A stretch of 43,611 bases of DNA from NCBI GenBank assembly GCA_003509895.1, contig DOMJ01000003.1, forward strand, positions 351 to 43,961. Reading direction: 5' to 3'. Made by a program: the position numbers and the translations under genes. Positions 1 to 9,990 of the stretch are shown here, in pieces. Within the stretch, counting starts at the first letter, position 1; the number at the start of each line of letters is the position of its first letter. The notes below the pieces were generated by a model. The model saw only the letters and a list, made by a program, of their open reading frames with translations, had not been told where the DNA came from and made no database searches. This stretch comes from Candidatus Uhrbacteria bacterium (GTDB lineage Bacteria > Patescibacteriota > Patescibacteriia > UBA9934 > UBA11717).

Positions 1-126
1 TTCAAACACAGTCGTTTTGAGAAGACTCGCGCTGTGGCTCCATCTTTCAAAACACCAATGTTCACATGCCAAGCCAAGGCGTATGATGAAGGCAAACGAG
101 AGATGAAATCACATAACCCTTGATCT

Positions 127-513
127 ATGAAAGGCTTTGTTACAAACATTAAGATTGCAACACGCACGAACGTTGATTATCGTCGTGTTTTGTATACAGG
201 AGAGCATTGCCAGCTCGTGCTCATGTGTTTGCGGCCGGGAGAAGAGATTGGAATGGAGGTGCACACGCTTGATCAATTTATTCGTATTGAGCAGGGGAGT
301 GCCACAGCCATTTTAGACGGCGTGGAGCACGCGCTTGTGGTGGATTTTGCCATAGTCGTGCCCTCTGGCGCTCAGCATAATATAATAAACACAGGTGAAG
401 GTGAGTTGAAGCTCTACACACTGTACGCACCACCGGAACATAGGGATGGAACGGTGGTACACACAAAGGCGGAACAAAAAGAAGAGCATTTTGATGGAAA
501 TACGACAGAATAG
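127..513 (+). CDS. Cupin-domain protein (mannose-6-phosphate isomerase-like cupin 2)
   Basis: 128-aa ORF with cupin motifs GEEIGMEVH..DQFIRIEQG and VVPSGAQHNIINTG. Confidence 0.85.
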   Translation: MKGFVTNIKIATRTNVDYRRVLYTGEHCQLVLMCLRPGEEIGMEVHTLDQFIRIEQGSATAILDGVEHALVVDFAIVVPSGAQHNIINTGEGELKLYTLYAPPEHRDGTVVHTKAEQKEEHFDGNTTE

Positions 514-582
514 CAGAACATCCTCTGCGGGAATGAATTCTGTTTCAGGCGTGCTATACTACCCCCAATCATTATTTCTCCT

Positions 583-1416
583 ATGTATCAAAAACGCGTG
601 GGTTTTAGCCTCTTGGCCCTTGGATTTGTTGTGTTTTTTATGAGTCCTCTCGTACAGAATACATCCTTTATTCAAACGGCGGATGCGGCAGGCAAGTCGG
701 TTCAACAAAGACAGCAGCGTGTGGCAATCCGATTGGAAAAGAAGGCCGCTCGACGAGCAGCCCGTGAGAGGTCTTTGATCAATAGAACAGTGCCAATCTC
801 CACAACACTCCCTCCCGCATCGGGCACGGAGAATCATTTGGATATCACGCAGCAAGTGGCAACGTCGTTTTTTGAGGTCTTTAACGGCTATGGAACCACT
901 GTAGCTGATGTAAATACACAAAGTGTTCATTTGCGACCCATGGCGTCAACAACGGCAGGAGAAACGCATGCAGGACTTGTTCGCACAGGTGAATGGATGA
1001 CGGGGGACTATCAGATTTCTACAACGATCACAACCAATGAGCAATTGCGAACAGGCTTCGCGCCAAACCCTTGGGAGGTGGCATGGTTACCATTTGGGTA
1101 CAATGAAGACGGTACGTTTAAATACTTGATTTTTAAACCAAACGGGTACGGAGTTGAGCTTGGCGAATCTCTCGGGAATAATGCGCAGAATTTTTTGTGG
1201 ACATCTGCCGTAGGGGCATTAGATTTTCCGATTCAAACCTCTTATGACGTTCGTGTGGAGGTCCGCGGGCAAGTGATCAGCGTCTTTGTGAACGGAGCAA
1301 GCGTATTGACGTACCTCCAGAATGCGCGAGATCACCTAGATACAGACGGATACGTTGGATTTTATTCAGAAGATGCCGATGTCAGCTTTACCAAAATCTC
1401 CATAACGTCCCTGTAG
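583..1416 (+). CDS. Secreted or membrane-anchored beta-sandwich protein (concanavalin/DUF1080-like)
   Basis: N-terminal hydrophobic signal and a basic helix, then a beta-rich domain ending YDVRVEVRGQVISVFVNG...GYVGFYSEDADVSF, resembling LamG/DUF1080-like folds. Confidence 0.55.
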   Translation: MYQKRVGFSLLALGFVVFFMSPLVQNTSFIQTADAAGKSVQQRQQRVAIRLEKKAARRAARERSLINRTVPISTTLPPASGTENHLDITQQVATSFFEVFNGYGTTVADVNTQSVHLRPMASTTAGETHAGLVRTGEWMTGDYQISTTITTNEQLRTGFAPNPWEVAWLPFGYNEDGTFKYLIFKPNGYGVELGESLGNNAQNFLWTSAVGALDFPIQTSYDVRVEVRGQVISVFVNGASVLTYLQNARDHLDTDGYVGFYSEDADVSFTKISITSL

Positions 1417-1418
1417 GT

Positions 1419-2186
1419 ATGTCCGAATTTTACCGTATCCCGCGAGGAGCCGATTGGAATTATGGGGGAGCAAAGTGGCGATTGAGTAGAAGTAAAATTG
1501 ATTTGTTTCAGGAGTGCCCTCGTTGTTTCTGGTTGGATAATATCAAGGGGTTAAAACGTCCGGCGGGGTACCCGTTTAATCTTAACTCGGCGGTGGATCA
1601 ACTTCTCAAAAAAGAATTTGATGTGCATCGCGCCGCCAATACGCAGCACCCCTTACAAGAACAGTACGGTCTTGCCGTCTGGCCTGCTGCGCATAAAAAT
1701 ATGCGGCAATGGAGAGAAAACTTTGAAGGTGTAGACACCGTGCATAAGCAAACAGGACTTGTGGTATGTGGGGCGATTGATGATCTTTGGGTGGATAACG
1801 CGGGGACGTACTACGTTGTGGATTATAAAGCGACCGCAAAACCGGAACCTGTAACGGAACTCAATGAACCGTGGCAGGACTCCTATAAGCGGCAAATGGA
1901 GATTTATCAGTGGTTGTTACGCCATAACGGACTGACCGTAAGTGATACGGGTTACTTTGTGTATTGCACGGGCCGGCCCGATGCGGCGGCGTTTGATGGA
2001 AAACTTGAATTTGATGTACACGTGATCCCACATACAGGCAAGGCAAACTGGGTGGATGGTGTTTTGGAGGAGATCAAGCTTTGCTTAGACGGCAGTCTTC
2101 CCGGTGAGGGCAAGGATTGTGATTATTGTCTGTATAGGCGTCTGCTACGATCCGAGGAAGATCAGGGGCAAGGACGTTTGTTTTGA
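1419..2186 (+). CDS. PD-(D/E)XK nuclease (Cas4/RecB-like, stand-alone)
   Basis: LSRSKI..F.ECPRCF N-terminus, GAIDDLW...VVDYKAT catalytic motif, QMEIYQWLL motif and C-terminal CDYC. Confidence 0.85.
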   Translation: MSEFYRIPRGADWNYGGAKWRLSRSKIDLFQECPRCFWLDNIKGLKRPAGYPFNLNSAVDQLLKKEFDVHRAANTQHPLQEQYGLAVWPAAHKNMRQWRENFEGVDTVHKQTGLVVCGAIDDLWVDNAGTYYVVDYKATAKPEPVTELNEPWQDSYKRQMEIYQWLLRHNGLTVSDTGYFVYCTGRPDAAAFDGKLEFDVHVIPHTGKANWVDGVLEEIKLCLDGSLPGEGKDCDYCLYRRLLRSEEDQGQGRLF

Positions 2187-2209
2187 TCACGTACGCATCC
2201 TCTTAAATC

Positions 2210-2240
2210 AAAAACCCTTATCAATTGATAGGGGTTTTTT
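2210..2240. terminator. Bidirectional intrinsic terminator
   Basis: AAAAACCCTTATC-AATT-GATAGGGGTTTTT inverted repeat between convergent genes. Confidence 0.8.
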
Positions 2241-2264
2241 GCATGATTATGGTCGCTGTTTTGG

Positions 2265-3650
2265 TCAACGATCGGCGCTACGAGTAGCTGATCGTCTTTG
2301 TGGTCGAGAAGCACCAAGACCGGATCCACCGGAACGTCCCTGTGACCGTCCCTGTGACCGTCCACCTTGTGATCCGGATGAACTTCGCTTTGGATAGTTG
2401 CCTGTGTATCCACCGGATCGACCTTGTGGTCGAGACCCTCTACCGGCAGATCCGCCTCGACGATATTGTCCCCCGCCGCTTGATCGGCTCTGTCCGCCGG
2501 ACAAGGGCTTAATAGGATCCATCACCTCTCCGGAGGAAGATTTGATTGGGAGCGTGACATTAATCAACTGTTGAATTTGGTAAATTTCGCGTTTTTGATC
2601 GGGACAAGCAAACGAGATAGCCTTGCCGGATTGTCCTGCGCGACCCGTGCGTCCAATACGGTGAACGTAGTCTTCAAGTTGATCGGGAAGATCAAAGTTT
2701 AAAACAAGTTCAATATCCTTTACATCGATTCCGCGTGAAGCAATATCTGTTGCAACAAGGATGCGATACTTTCCCGTGGTGAATCCCTTGAGCGCACTTT
2801 GTCGCTGACTCTGCGTTCGGTTGGAATGAATTTCATCGGCGGTATGGCCAAGCAATCGGACGGCACGCGCAATCTTTTTTGCCCCGTGTTTTGTACGACT
2901 AAAGATGAGAACGGTTCCCTTATATTCCTTTAGCAGCCGTTCCATGAGCGCCATTTTGTCATCCTTGTGAACAATAAAAACCTCTTGATCAATTTTGTCA
3001 GCGGTGGTCCCCGGTTTTGCGACCTCAATCCGCAGTGGCTTTTTCATGTATTTTTGTGCAATGTCGGCAATCGCTTTTGGCATGGTTGCAGAAAAGAGCA
3101 TCGTTTGGCGATCGGTAGGGACTCCTTGAAGAATACGTTCAAGTTGTGGGGCAAATCCCATATCCAACATACGGTCGGCTTCGTCCAAAACAAGGATGCC
3201 AATGTTGCTGAGGTGAATGTTGCCTTGTTCAATGTGGTCAATGAGGCGACCGGGCGTTGCCACGATCACGTGAGGCTTGGCGCGCAATTGACGAATCTGT
3301 GGTCGCGGATTGGCACCACCTATCACAATGGCTGTGCGCAGACCGGATGTTCCGGCGAGCTTCCGAATGGTTTCCTCAACTTGCACAGCAAGCTCGCGTG
3401 TTGGCAAGAGGATTAAACCCATTGTTTTTGTAGAAGAAACATGTTGTAAAACAGGAATGGAGAAGGCGAGGGTTTTACCGGATCCTGTTTGCGCAATACC
3501 TACAACATCTTCACCGGCCGTTGCAACCGGAATGGCTTTATATTGAATAGGGGTAGGGTGCACAAACTTGAGCGCTTGTAGTCGCTTGAGCAAACCGGGT
3601 GTAATCCCGAGTCCGTTAAAATCTTGTTGTTCTAGTTCTTCTCTTGGCAT
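2265..3650 (-). CDS. DEAD-box RNA helicase (RhlE-like) with Gly/Arg/Ser-rich tail
   Basis: Q motif PTPIQ, AQTGSGKT, PTRELA, TPGRL, DEAD, SAT and HRIGRTGRAG motifs. Start chosen at MPREEL (3650). Confidence 0.95.
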   Translation of the reverse strand: MPREELEQQDFNGLGITPGLLKRLQALKFVHPTPIQYKAIPVATAGEDVVGIAQTGSGKTLAFSIPVLQHVSSTKTMGLILLPTRELAVQVEETIRKLAGTSGLRTAIVIGGANPRPQIRQLRAKPHVIVATPGRLIDHIEQGNIHLSNIGILVLDEADRMLDMGFAPQLERILQGVPTDRQTMLFSATMPKAIADIAQKYMKKPLRIEVAKPGTTADKIDQEVFIVHKDDKMALMERLLKEYKGTVLIFSRTKHGAKKIARAVRLLGHTADEIHSNRTQSQRQSALKGFTTGKYRILVATDIASRGIDVKDIELVLNFDLPDQLEDYVHRIGRTGRAGQSGKAISFACPDQKREIYQIQQLINVTLPIKSSSGEVMDPIKPLSGGQSRSSGGGQYRRGGSAGRGSRPQGRSGGYTGNYPKRSSSGSQGGRSQGRSQGRSGGSGLGASRPQRRSATRSADR

Positions 3651-3817
3651 GAAGGTGCAAGCATAGTCTGTTTGGGCCAATCTGTCAAGCAATCATCCCT
3701 CCTTTTTCAAATTCTATCGCTTTTACTGCCTGTATGCCAGACAAATCTACGGAAAACGGGGATAGATTTAAAAAGGCACACGGCTCAAAATCTGGTATGA
3801 TAGAAAAAACACAGAGG

Positions 3818-4924
3818 ATGAAGGAGCATATCATGCGCCTTACGCGCTATTACCAAGTGCGAGCATTTTACGAATCGTATGAACGTTGGTTATTGCCGGC
3901 GGCGCTTTTGATTGGAGTGATTGTAGATTTTATTACGTTTAGAACGATTCAAATTGGTACGGCTTTTTTGATTCTGGGTGTGCACGCAATCCTTGCGGGG
4001 TTGAGTATTGCCTATGTCAATATGTATGGCGTCGGTATGATTCCAAAGAACCGCTTTACACGTTACCTACGTTTGCTTTCACCGCTCGCGTTACAGTTTA
4101 GTTTGGGAGCCCTTTTGAGTGCCTCCTTCATTTTTTATTGGTTTAGTGGATCCTTGTCGGCGAGTTGGCCGTTGATGGTTCTGTTAACGTTTCTTATGGT
4201 ATCCAATGAAACGTTGCGCACGTATTATCGCGAACCTGTGGTGCAGGTAAGTGTGTACTATTTTGTGATCCTCTCTTATTGCATCCTTGTGTTACCGTAC
4301 TGGCTTAACTCCCTTTCTGTGTGGGTTTTTTTGTTGAGTGGAGCGGTGAGTTTGGTTGTGATGAGCGTGTATCTCGGAATTTTATGCAAACGGTTAAAGA
4401 GATTTCGCGTGCGAAGAAGAAGAATGCGACTTGTTATTGTTGCTATTTTCTTGTGTATGAATGGATTTTACTTTTTGAATATGATCCCACCCATTCCGCT
4501 CTCGCTTACGGAGGCGGGTATGTATCATTTTATAGAGCCACGAACAGGCGGGTACCTGGTACAGGATGAGAAAACATCTTGGATTGATCAGCTGGTGCCG
4601 GGACAGACGCTTCACATCAGAAAGGGGGATCGGGTGTACGCGTACTCGGCGATCTTTGCTCCCGGTAAAATCAATACGCGTATTGTGCACCATTGGCAAT
4701 ATTTTAATGAAGCAACGGGCAAATGGGAATCTCGTGATCGACTCTCCTTTCCTATTGTTGGCGGAAGACAGAATGGGTATCGCGGGTACTCTCACAAGGG
4801 ATATATGAGCCAAGGAAAATGGCGCGTAGATGTGCAGACCACGCGTGGTCAAACACTTGGTCGTATGACGTTTACTGTTTTATGGGTGGATGTGCTTCCA
4901 GATCTTGTGCCTGTGATAAAATAG
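3818..4924 (+). CDS. DUF2914-like multi-pass membrane protein
   Basis: About 7 TM segments then a soluble domain with IVHHWQY...GGRQNGYRGYSHK...GKWRVDVQT. Start at MKEHIM is uncertain. Confidence 0.75.
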   Translation: MKEHIMRLTRYYQVRAFYESYERWLLPAALLIGVIVDFITFRTIQIGTAFLILGVHAILAGLSIAYVNMYGVGMIPKNRFTRYLRLLSPLALQFSLGALLSASFIFYWFSGSLSASWPLMVLLTFLMVSNETLRTYYREPVVQVSVYYFVILSYCILVLPYWLNSLSVWVFLLSGAVSLVVMSVYLGILCKRLKRFRVRRRRMRLVIVAIFLCMNGFYFLNMIPPIPLSLTEAGMYHFIEPRTGGYLVQDEKTSWIDQLVPGQTLHIRKGDRVYAYSAIFAPGKINTRIVHHWQYFNEATGKWESRDRLSFPIVGGRQNGYRGYSHKGYMSQGKWRVDVQTTRGQTLGRMTFTVLWVDVLPDLVPVIK

Positions 4925-4951
4925 AAGAACTAGTCATAATCTCCTCCTCGT

Positions 4952-5899
4952 ATGAAACAACCTATTCGATCGTTTGCTATGCTTGCTCTGTTTTTCGTGC
5001 TCGCATCTCCCGCTCTCGCTGGGCCGGATATTGCAGGGCCGGAAATAAGTGCCGTGTCTCCTTTGACCGCGCAATACACCGTGCCACAACAATTTTCTGT
5101 ATCTGCCCTAGACGAGGCGGGTGTAGCATCTTGCACCTTACTGGTTTCCAGTACCTATGAAACGCCCATGACGTACGATTCTGTTACGGGGATGTGGTCG
5201 GTTACCTACACCTTTACAACGTTTCGATCGGCAAACAGTATTCGTGCCGTGTGCGTGGATACGTACGGCAACTCAACCAATGGGCCAAGCAAAATTATTT
5301 CCGTGTCCGACGCGCCCATTGTTGTATCGCCAGGTGACGGAACACCTGTGGGAGGCGATCCGATAACGATTGACGCTACGGAATGGCCGGCGGCGGATGT
5401 GATTGCAGAATCACCCGTACTTATAAAAACAGTCTGCCCGGGGAATGAGGATTTCACGCACCCTTGCCGCACCGTGTACTTTTTGGATCATGCGGGTAAG
5501 CGTCATGCGTTTACCAATGAGAAAGCGTTCTTTACGTGGTATACCAATTACGATCAGTTGCATTTGGTGAGTACCGCAGTCATGGCATCGTATCCGCTCG
5601 GGCCAAATGTGCGCTATCGTCCCGGTGTAAAGATGATTAAGTTTCCGTCCGTGTCAACAGTGTATGCGGTTGGGCGGTATGGATCGCTCTTTCCGATCGG
5701 TTCGGAGTCGGTCGCAGAGGAGCTCTATGGAACCAATTGGAATCAACAGATTGATGACGTATCGGAAGTTTTTGCAACCAATTATACAATTGATAGTTGG
5801 AATATGATTTCCTCTGCCAGTCAATTTGATCGATCAATTATGCTAAGCTCAGTGAACTCTATCAATGATAATTTAGGAGAGCCTATTTTCCTTGAGTAA
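4952..5899 (+). CDS. Secreted surface protein: Ig-like N domain plus CPR-type C-terminal domain
   Basis: Signal peptide ending PALA, a beta-rich N domain, and a C domain with VYFLDHAGKRHAFTNEKAFFTWY...LYGTNWNQQIDDVSE. Confidence 0.65.
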   Translation: MKQPIRSFAMLALFFVLASPALAGPDIAGPEISAVSPLTAQYTVPQQFSVSALDEAGVASCTLLVSSTYETPMTYDSVTGMWSVTYTFTTFRSANSIRAVCVDTYGNSTNGPSKIISVSDAPIVVSPGDGTPVGGDPITIDATEWPAADVIAESPVLIKTVCPGNEDFTHPCRTVYFLDHAGKRHAFTNEKAFFTWYTNYDQLHLVSTAVMASYPLGPNVRYRPGVKMIKFPSVSTVYAVGRYGSLFPIGSESVAEELYGTNWNQQIDDVSEVFATNYTIDSWNMISSASQFDRSIMLSSVNSINDNLGEPIFLE

Positions 5900-5939
5900 A
5901 GGTAGCCCTCTTTCTACGCCCAATCTTAGAGATGTAGCA

Positions 5940-5973
5940 AAACGAAACACCCCCATGCGGGGGTGTTTCGTTT
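5940..5973. terminator. Bidirectional intrinsic terminator
   Basis: AAACGAAACACCCCC-ATGC-GGGGGTGTTTCGTTT perfect 15-bp stem between convergent genes. Confidence 0.85.
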
Positions 5974-6403
5974 ACTGTTTAAGAACACTGAATTTTGTTT
6001 TTCCATCCTCAATGCCGATGGTAATGGATCGCGTAACAATACTGTTAGGACCCGTGCCGCCCGGGTTTGCTTTTATATAGCTGCCAATAATCACGTCTTT
6101 ATCGGGATTGGCGATCACGGAGTTTTTGGCACTCACGGTGTCCTGAAATCCTTGTGCCATAAGTTGCGTATGAAACGAATCGCGTACCTCCTGCCAGGTT
6201 TGATCTGTGTAGCCAATCACCGTGTAATGACCGGCAACATCTGTGACGTTTGTAACGACACTGTCGTTTGGTAAATCCATCTCTAGAATCGTCTCAAGCG
6301 TCGGCACCTCGTAGACGGCGGTAGATGCTGGCGCTTGCGAAGAAGTGCATCCGGCACCCAATAAGAGAAACAGGAGGGCAACGGGAAAAACGTGTTTGAT
6401 CAT
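5972..6403 (-). CDS. Putative lipoprotein, unknown function
   Basis: Signal MIKHVFPVALLFLLLGAGC with lipobox-like LGAGC. Confidence 0.7.
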   Translation of the reverse strand: MIKHVFPVALLFLLLGAGCTSSQAPASTAVYEVPTLETILEMDLPNDSVVTNVTDVAGHYTVIGYTDQTWQEVRDSFHTQLMAQGFQDTVSAKNSVIANPDKDVIIGSYIKANPGGTGPNSIVTRSITIGIEDGKTKFSVLKQ

Positions 6404-6503
6404 ACGTGTAATCGTTGAAGTTTATACAACGATCATACGACAGGTGTAAACATGTTGCAACAAAAGAGAGGTAAATCACATGCACGACAGCAGTGTTTCC
6501 TTT

Positions 6504-7058
6504 CTAGGACGACGTTGAACAGAAAGGCTTTATTGCCGCAACGCTTTTTTTGAGTGATGTATTCCCATAAAAACGACTAACCACCAATCGGCCAAAGGAA
6601 AATTGAATACCGGCCGATGTTGCAAGATTGGTTGGGAGATCCTCTTTTGTATCAAACAGTAAAACAACACCACCAAGACTCACGAGTTGTTCCAAACGAA
6701 GCTTGGATGCATCCGGCGTAGCCACACATACGTGCACGTCTCTTAGAGCGTGCGTTGGGATACGCGTTGGTGTATAACCCCAGCCTGTTCCAAATGTGAC
6801 AAAATCTTTATCGACACGCAATAGGAGGGGTGGGTGAATGAGATAGGGAATCTGACGAGCAATAATACTGATTGGGATGACGCCCAAAAAAACAGCAGCA
6901 AGCAGATAAACAAATACAGGCTGCGCCGTGAGCTGATCCGGAGAAAAGATCTTATGAAGAAAGGCGACCTCTAAACCAAACCAAAGCAAGAGACTCGCAC
7001 AGGCAACAAAAAAGAGCGTCGCGCGGCGGGAGAGATGGATTTCAAACGCCTCTGGCAT
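6504..7058 (-). CDS. Hypothetical membrane protein (2 TM plus soluble domain)
   Basis: 184-aa ORF with two hydrophobic segments, fills the intergenic space. Confidence 0.6.
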   Translation of the reverse strand: MPEAFEIHLSRRATLFFVACASLLLWFGLEVAFLHKIFSPDQLTAQPVFVYLLAAVFLGVIPISIIARQIPYLIHPPLLLRVDKDFVTFGTGWGYTPTRIPTHALRDVHVCVATPDASKLRLEQLVSLGGVVLLFDTKEDLPTNLATSAGIQFSFGRLVVSRFYGNTSLKKSVAAIKPFCSTSS

Positions 7059-7121
7059 GTGGAACTATTTAGATGTTTCTTGTTGTATGTTACCACAAAC
7101 GTCCTGCTTGAGAGATGATCT

Positions 7122-8129
7122 TTATGTACAGAGCTCTGTACTTTTGGAAAATTTACGCGCATAGATACGTTCAATCGCCTGGCTCACAAAGACAAAAATA
7201 AGAAGCATGATGGCATAGAGAGCCAATACCTTCCAATAATTTTCTGTTTGAACCGGAGTGAGCGTACAGAGCAGTAAGGCCAACCAAGAGCCAACCCATA
7301 AGGACCCAATGCTAAACGCCCATCTCCTAAGAGGATGAAGCTGGTGTGTTTTTTGAATATTTTTTGTGCGATAGGAAACATTGATGAGCTTAGGTGCAAT
7401 ATGAAAGTTCAAGAAGAGGCTGGTTGCAAGCAGGACGCTCAAAATAGTTGTTTTGAGGAGAAGGATTGAATCCGGGGGCTGTGCTACGGGATTTGCTACA
7501 AAGAGGGTCGCGTCACTTATCAGTAAGATAACGAGAGCGGCCCAAATGAGTTCAAAGAGCACGCGCAGCGCCTGTGATTCTGCTGGCGAGATGGAAAAGT
7601 CGCGCAAAAATCGAAAAAATAACAACAAAGAAATGGCGACACCGGCAATCCCAATGCCAAGAGACACGGCACTGATTGTGGAAATGAGAGGAGCCAGTGG
7701 CTGTAGGTAAAAGGTGGCAACAGAAAGATCAGAGACAAGTCCAATACTAAAACAAATAGTCGTAATGAGTGCCGATGTCAAGCACCATGTACAGAGCTTG
7801 CGGATGGTGATTACCTGAATAAACGTCAGGTACAGAGAAAAGAGAAACCCAATCGTGGTGAGAAGAAGGAGGAGGGGTGCGAGGCGTTCTGCTGTTGAGG
7901 GAAGAATAATGACGGTGCTGTAACCCACGGCGAGGATACCATAATAGAGCAGACCAAGGAGTTCTACCGGAATGCCAAGAAACAGGGAAAAGGAGCTGCC
8001 CGTAACGGCATGACAATTACCGCGTAAAGGACAAATAAGTGGTTGTTTTTTTGTTTTTGTGTAACGAATGTAAAACGAAATACAAAAACCGCATGCCGCA
8101 AGGATGATAATAAACAGGTACAGGGTCAT
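7122..8129 (-). CDS. VKOR-family disulfide-bond protein with an extra C-terminal multi-TM domain
   Basis: CPLRGNCHAVTGSSFSLFLGIPVELLG loop and LCTWC active site, followed by about 5 more TM helices. Start at MTLYLF. Confidence 0.85.
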   Translation of the reverse strand: MTLYLFIIILAACGFCISFYIRYTKTKKQPLICPLRGNCHAVTGSSFSLFLGIPVELLGLLYYGILAVGYSTVIILPSTAERLAPLLLLLTTIGFLFSLYLTFIQVITIRKLCTWCLTSALITTICFSIGLVSDLSVATFYLQPLAPLISTISAVSLGIGIAGVAISLLLFFRFLRDFSISPAESQALRVLFELIWAALVILLISDATLFVANPVAQPPDSILLLKTTILSVLLATSLFLNFHIAPKLINVSYRTKNIQKTHQLHPLRRWAFSIGSLWVGSWLALLLCTLTPVQTENYWKVLALYAIMLLIFVFVSQAIERIYARKFSKSTELCT

Positions 8130-8221
8130 AGAGGTGTAGAAGAATTGGCTCAAGTATAGCATGCGGGAGTAGGTGTTTGTAGAGATAAACAAAAGACCAG
8201 CACACGCTGGTCTCAAGGAAA

Positions 8222-8845
8222 CTATTTTCTGAATGTATAGGAGATTGGAACGCCGTCTGTGGAGGGATTGAAGCTGATCGTGAGGACGCTTAAATCGTTG
8301 CTGATTGTGTAGGTGTAGGCCATGTGCAACCCATCAGCATCGGTGCTCACGGGCCCGGTACCAAGGGGAGGCGTTGTTCCACTCACCTCAATGGCTATGC
8401 CATTTGCCTGACAACGGAGCGTTGCGTTGCTCCCGGTTGGATACACCTTCAGAGTCGCCTCACTCTGTGCCGTGTCAAATGATGCCTTAAAGCTTCCACC
8501 GCCATATCCAATTCCCTCGCACGTGCTTACGCCCGGATATTCCGGTAGGCTCCTTTCTTTTAATTCATTCGTCCAATCCTCACCGTAGGCACCGTAATTT
8601 GATTCGCCGAGGTTGTTAATGGCAAACGTTGTTTCTCGACCGCTGAATGGATGAGTCTGTCCGGCAATAAGCACGGAGTCCAGTGTCCAGCTTCCAAGAA
8701 GCGCTTCATCCACGCCGTCAGCATTAATACAGCTATTCCACGGGGTTGTGGCAAGACATTGAGCAAAGGGGTCGCCGGATAAACAACCAGCACCCAGGAG
8801 CACGAGAGAGAGCACAAGGGCTCCAAATACGTTTGGTATTTTCAT
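8222..8845 (-). CDS. Putative lipoprotein (lipocalin-like beta domain)
   Basis: MKIPNVFGALVLSLVLLGAGC signal, LLGSWTLDSV (GxW) motif, paired Cys. Confidence 0.6.
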   Translation of the reverse strand: MKIPNVFGALVLSLVLLGAGCLSGDPFAQCLATTPWNSCINADGVDEALLGSWTLDSVLIAGQTHPFSGRETTFAINNLGESNYGAYGEDWTNELKERSLPEYPGVSTCEGIGYGGGSFKASFDTAQSEATLKVYPTGSNATLRCQANGIAIEVSGTTPPLGTGPVSTDADGLHMAYTYTISNDLSVLTISFNPSTDGVPISYTFRK

Positions 8846-8989
8846 AGAAAGAGGAAAGGAATAAAGATAATGAAAGTATAGCATAGGGTGCAGAACACAC
8901 GGAGTAAGAGGGAGTTGATGCTTTTGACAAAGGGCATGGTTTGGGAGAAAATGTATTTACATTAACTTAAGTGCTCTATAAAACGCTCT

Positions 8990-9400
8990 ATGAAACGCAC
9001 AACACTTGGCGGCATGGTTATCGTGGCGCCGTTTGCTCTCCTGTTCTTGATCCTTATTGCGTATGCAATTTCTAACGCGGTTGCGAGTACGATGATTTTA
9101 GAGGGCTCGCTTTCCAATCAAGTAACCTCTGCAGACACAGCGAGTTTAAACAGCAATCCCTCGGATCAAGCGGCATTAAAAATAAATCCATCCGCATTAA
9201 CCATGGAGGATTCGGAGACGACCGCCTTCCAGGTGCAAGGTGAATCCGTTGATTCTTCCGTTAATGCTTCCGTTGTTGTTATGAGCATTTTCAATGCCGT
9301 TCTTGGGTTCTTGGGTGTGCTGGCTGTGCTCGGCATGTTTGTTTGTGTTCCATTGGGAATCTACTTGCTTGCAACAAAAGGAAAAGCACAAAAGTCATGA
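8990..9400 (+). CDS. Hypothetical membrane protein (2 TM with a Ser-rich loop)
   Basis: Hydrophobic N and C termini. Its stop overlaps the next gene start (ATGA). Confidence 0.65.
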   Translation: MKRTTLGGMVIVAPFALLFLILIAYAISNAVASTMILEGSLSNQVTSADTASLNSNPSDQAALKINPSALTMEDSETTAFQVQGESVDSSVNASVVVMSIFNAVLGFLGVLAVLGMFVCVPLGIYLLATKGKAQKS

Positions 9401-9987
9401 TGGAGGTTGAGAAAAAATTTTATCTTTCCCCGGAGGAAGAGGCCCGATTAATTGAGGGGGCAACCCGGGTGTCCACAAAAACGATCGGCGATGTGTATTT
9501 TGATCGAGGCGTGGAGTTGTGTATAACGGATCGATGGTTACGATTGCGCGACGGAATATTTGAGCTAAAATTGCCGATGCACGTCGTGGCCGATGGGAAA
9601 CCGTCCGTGGATCGGTACCAGGAGATAGAAAACGACGCAGACATTATCGCGGCTCTTGAGCTCAACCTTTCCGAGCTGTCGGAAGAGACACTTACAGCGA
9701 TTGGATTTGAAAGAATCTCCGACTATAAAACGGAGCGCACAAGCTACCAGAAGGATGGCTTTACGATCGTCTTTGACAAGATGGATTTTGGGTTTGAAAT
9801 TTGTGAGATTGAGCGCGTGGTTCCTGAGGGAACGGATTTAAATCAAGTGGCCGATGAGATTCTTGTGTTTGCGCGTAAACATGGCCTAAAAGAGGAACGT
9901 GTGCTTGGAAAATTACTCGTGTATTTGCAACGGAGGGACCCGGTTCGCTTTCAAGCCATGCAGGAGGCTGGCGTTATTCCTGAATAA
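9397..9987 (+). CDS. CYTH-superfamily triphosphate tunnel enzyme (thiamine triphosphatase/adenylate cyclase-like)
   Basis: N-terminal EVEKKF (ExExK), DVYFD, WLRLR, ELK and EIE motifs. Confidence 0.85.
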   Translation: MMEVEKKFYLSPEEEARLIEGATRVSTKTIGDVYFDRGVELCITDRWLRLRDGIFELKLPMHVVADGKPSVDRYQEIENDADIIAALELNLSELSEETLTAIGFERISDYKTERTSYQKDGFTIVFDKMDFGFEICEIERVVPEGTDLNQVADEILVFARKHGLKEERVLGKLLVYLQRRDPVRFQAMQEAGVIPE

Positions 9988-9990
9988 TCT

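Noticed and set aside
1419..2186. CRISPR-associated cas4
   Set aside because: No cas1/cas2 or array in the window. Treated as a solo PD-(D/E)XK nuclease.
2330..2430. Tandem 12-nt repeats (GTCCCTGTGACC)
   Set aside because: They encode the GRSQ low-complexity tail of the DEAD-box helicase, a common feature.
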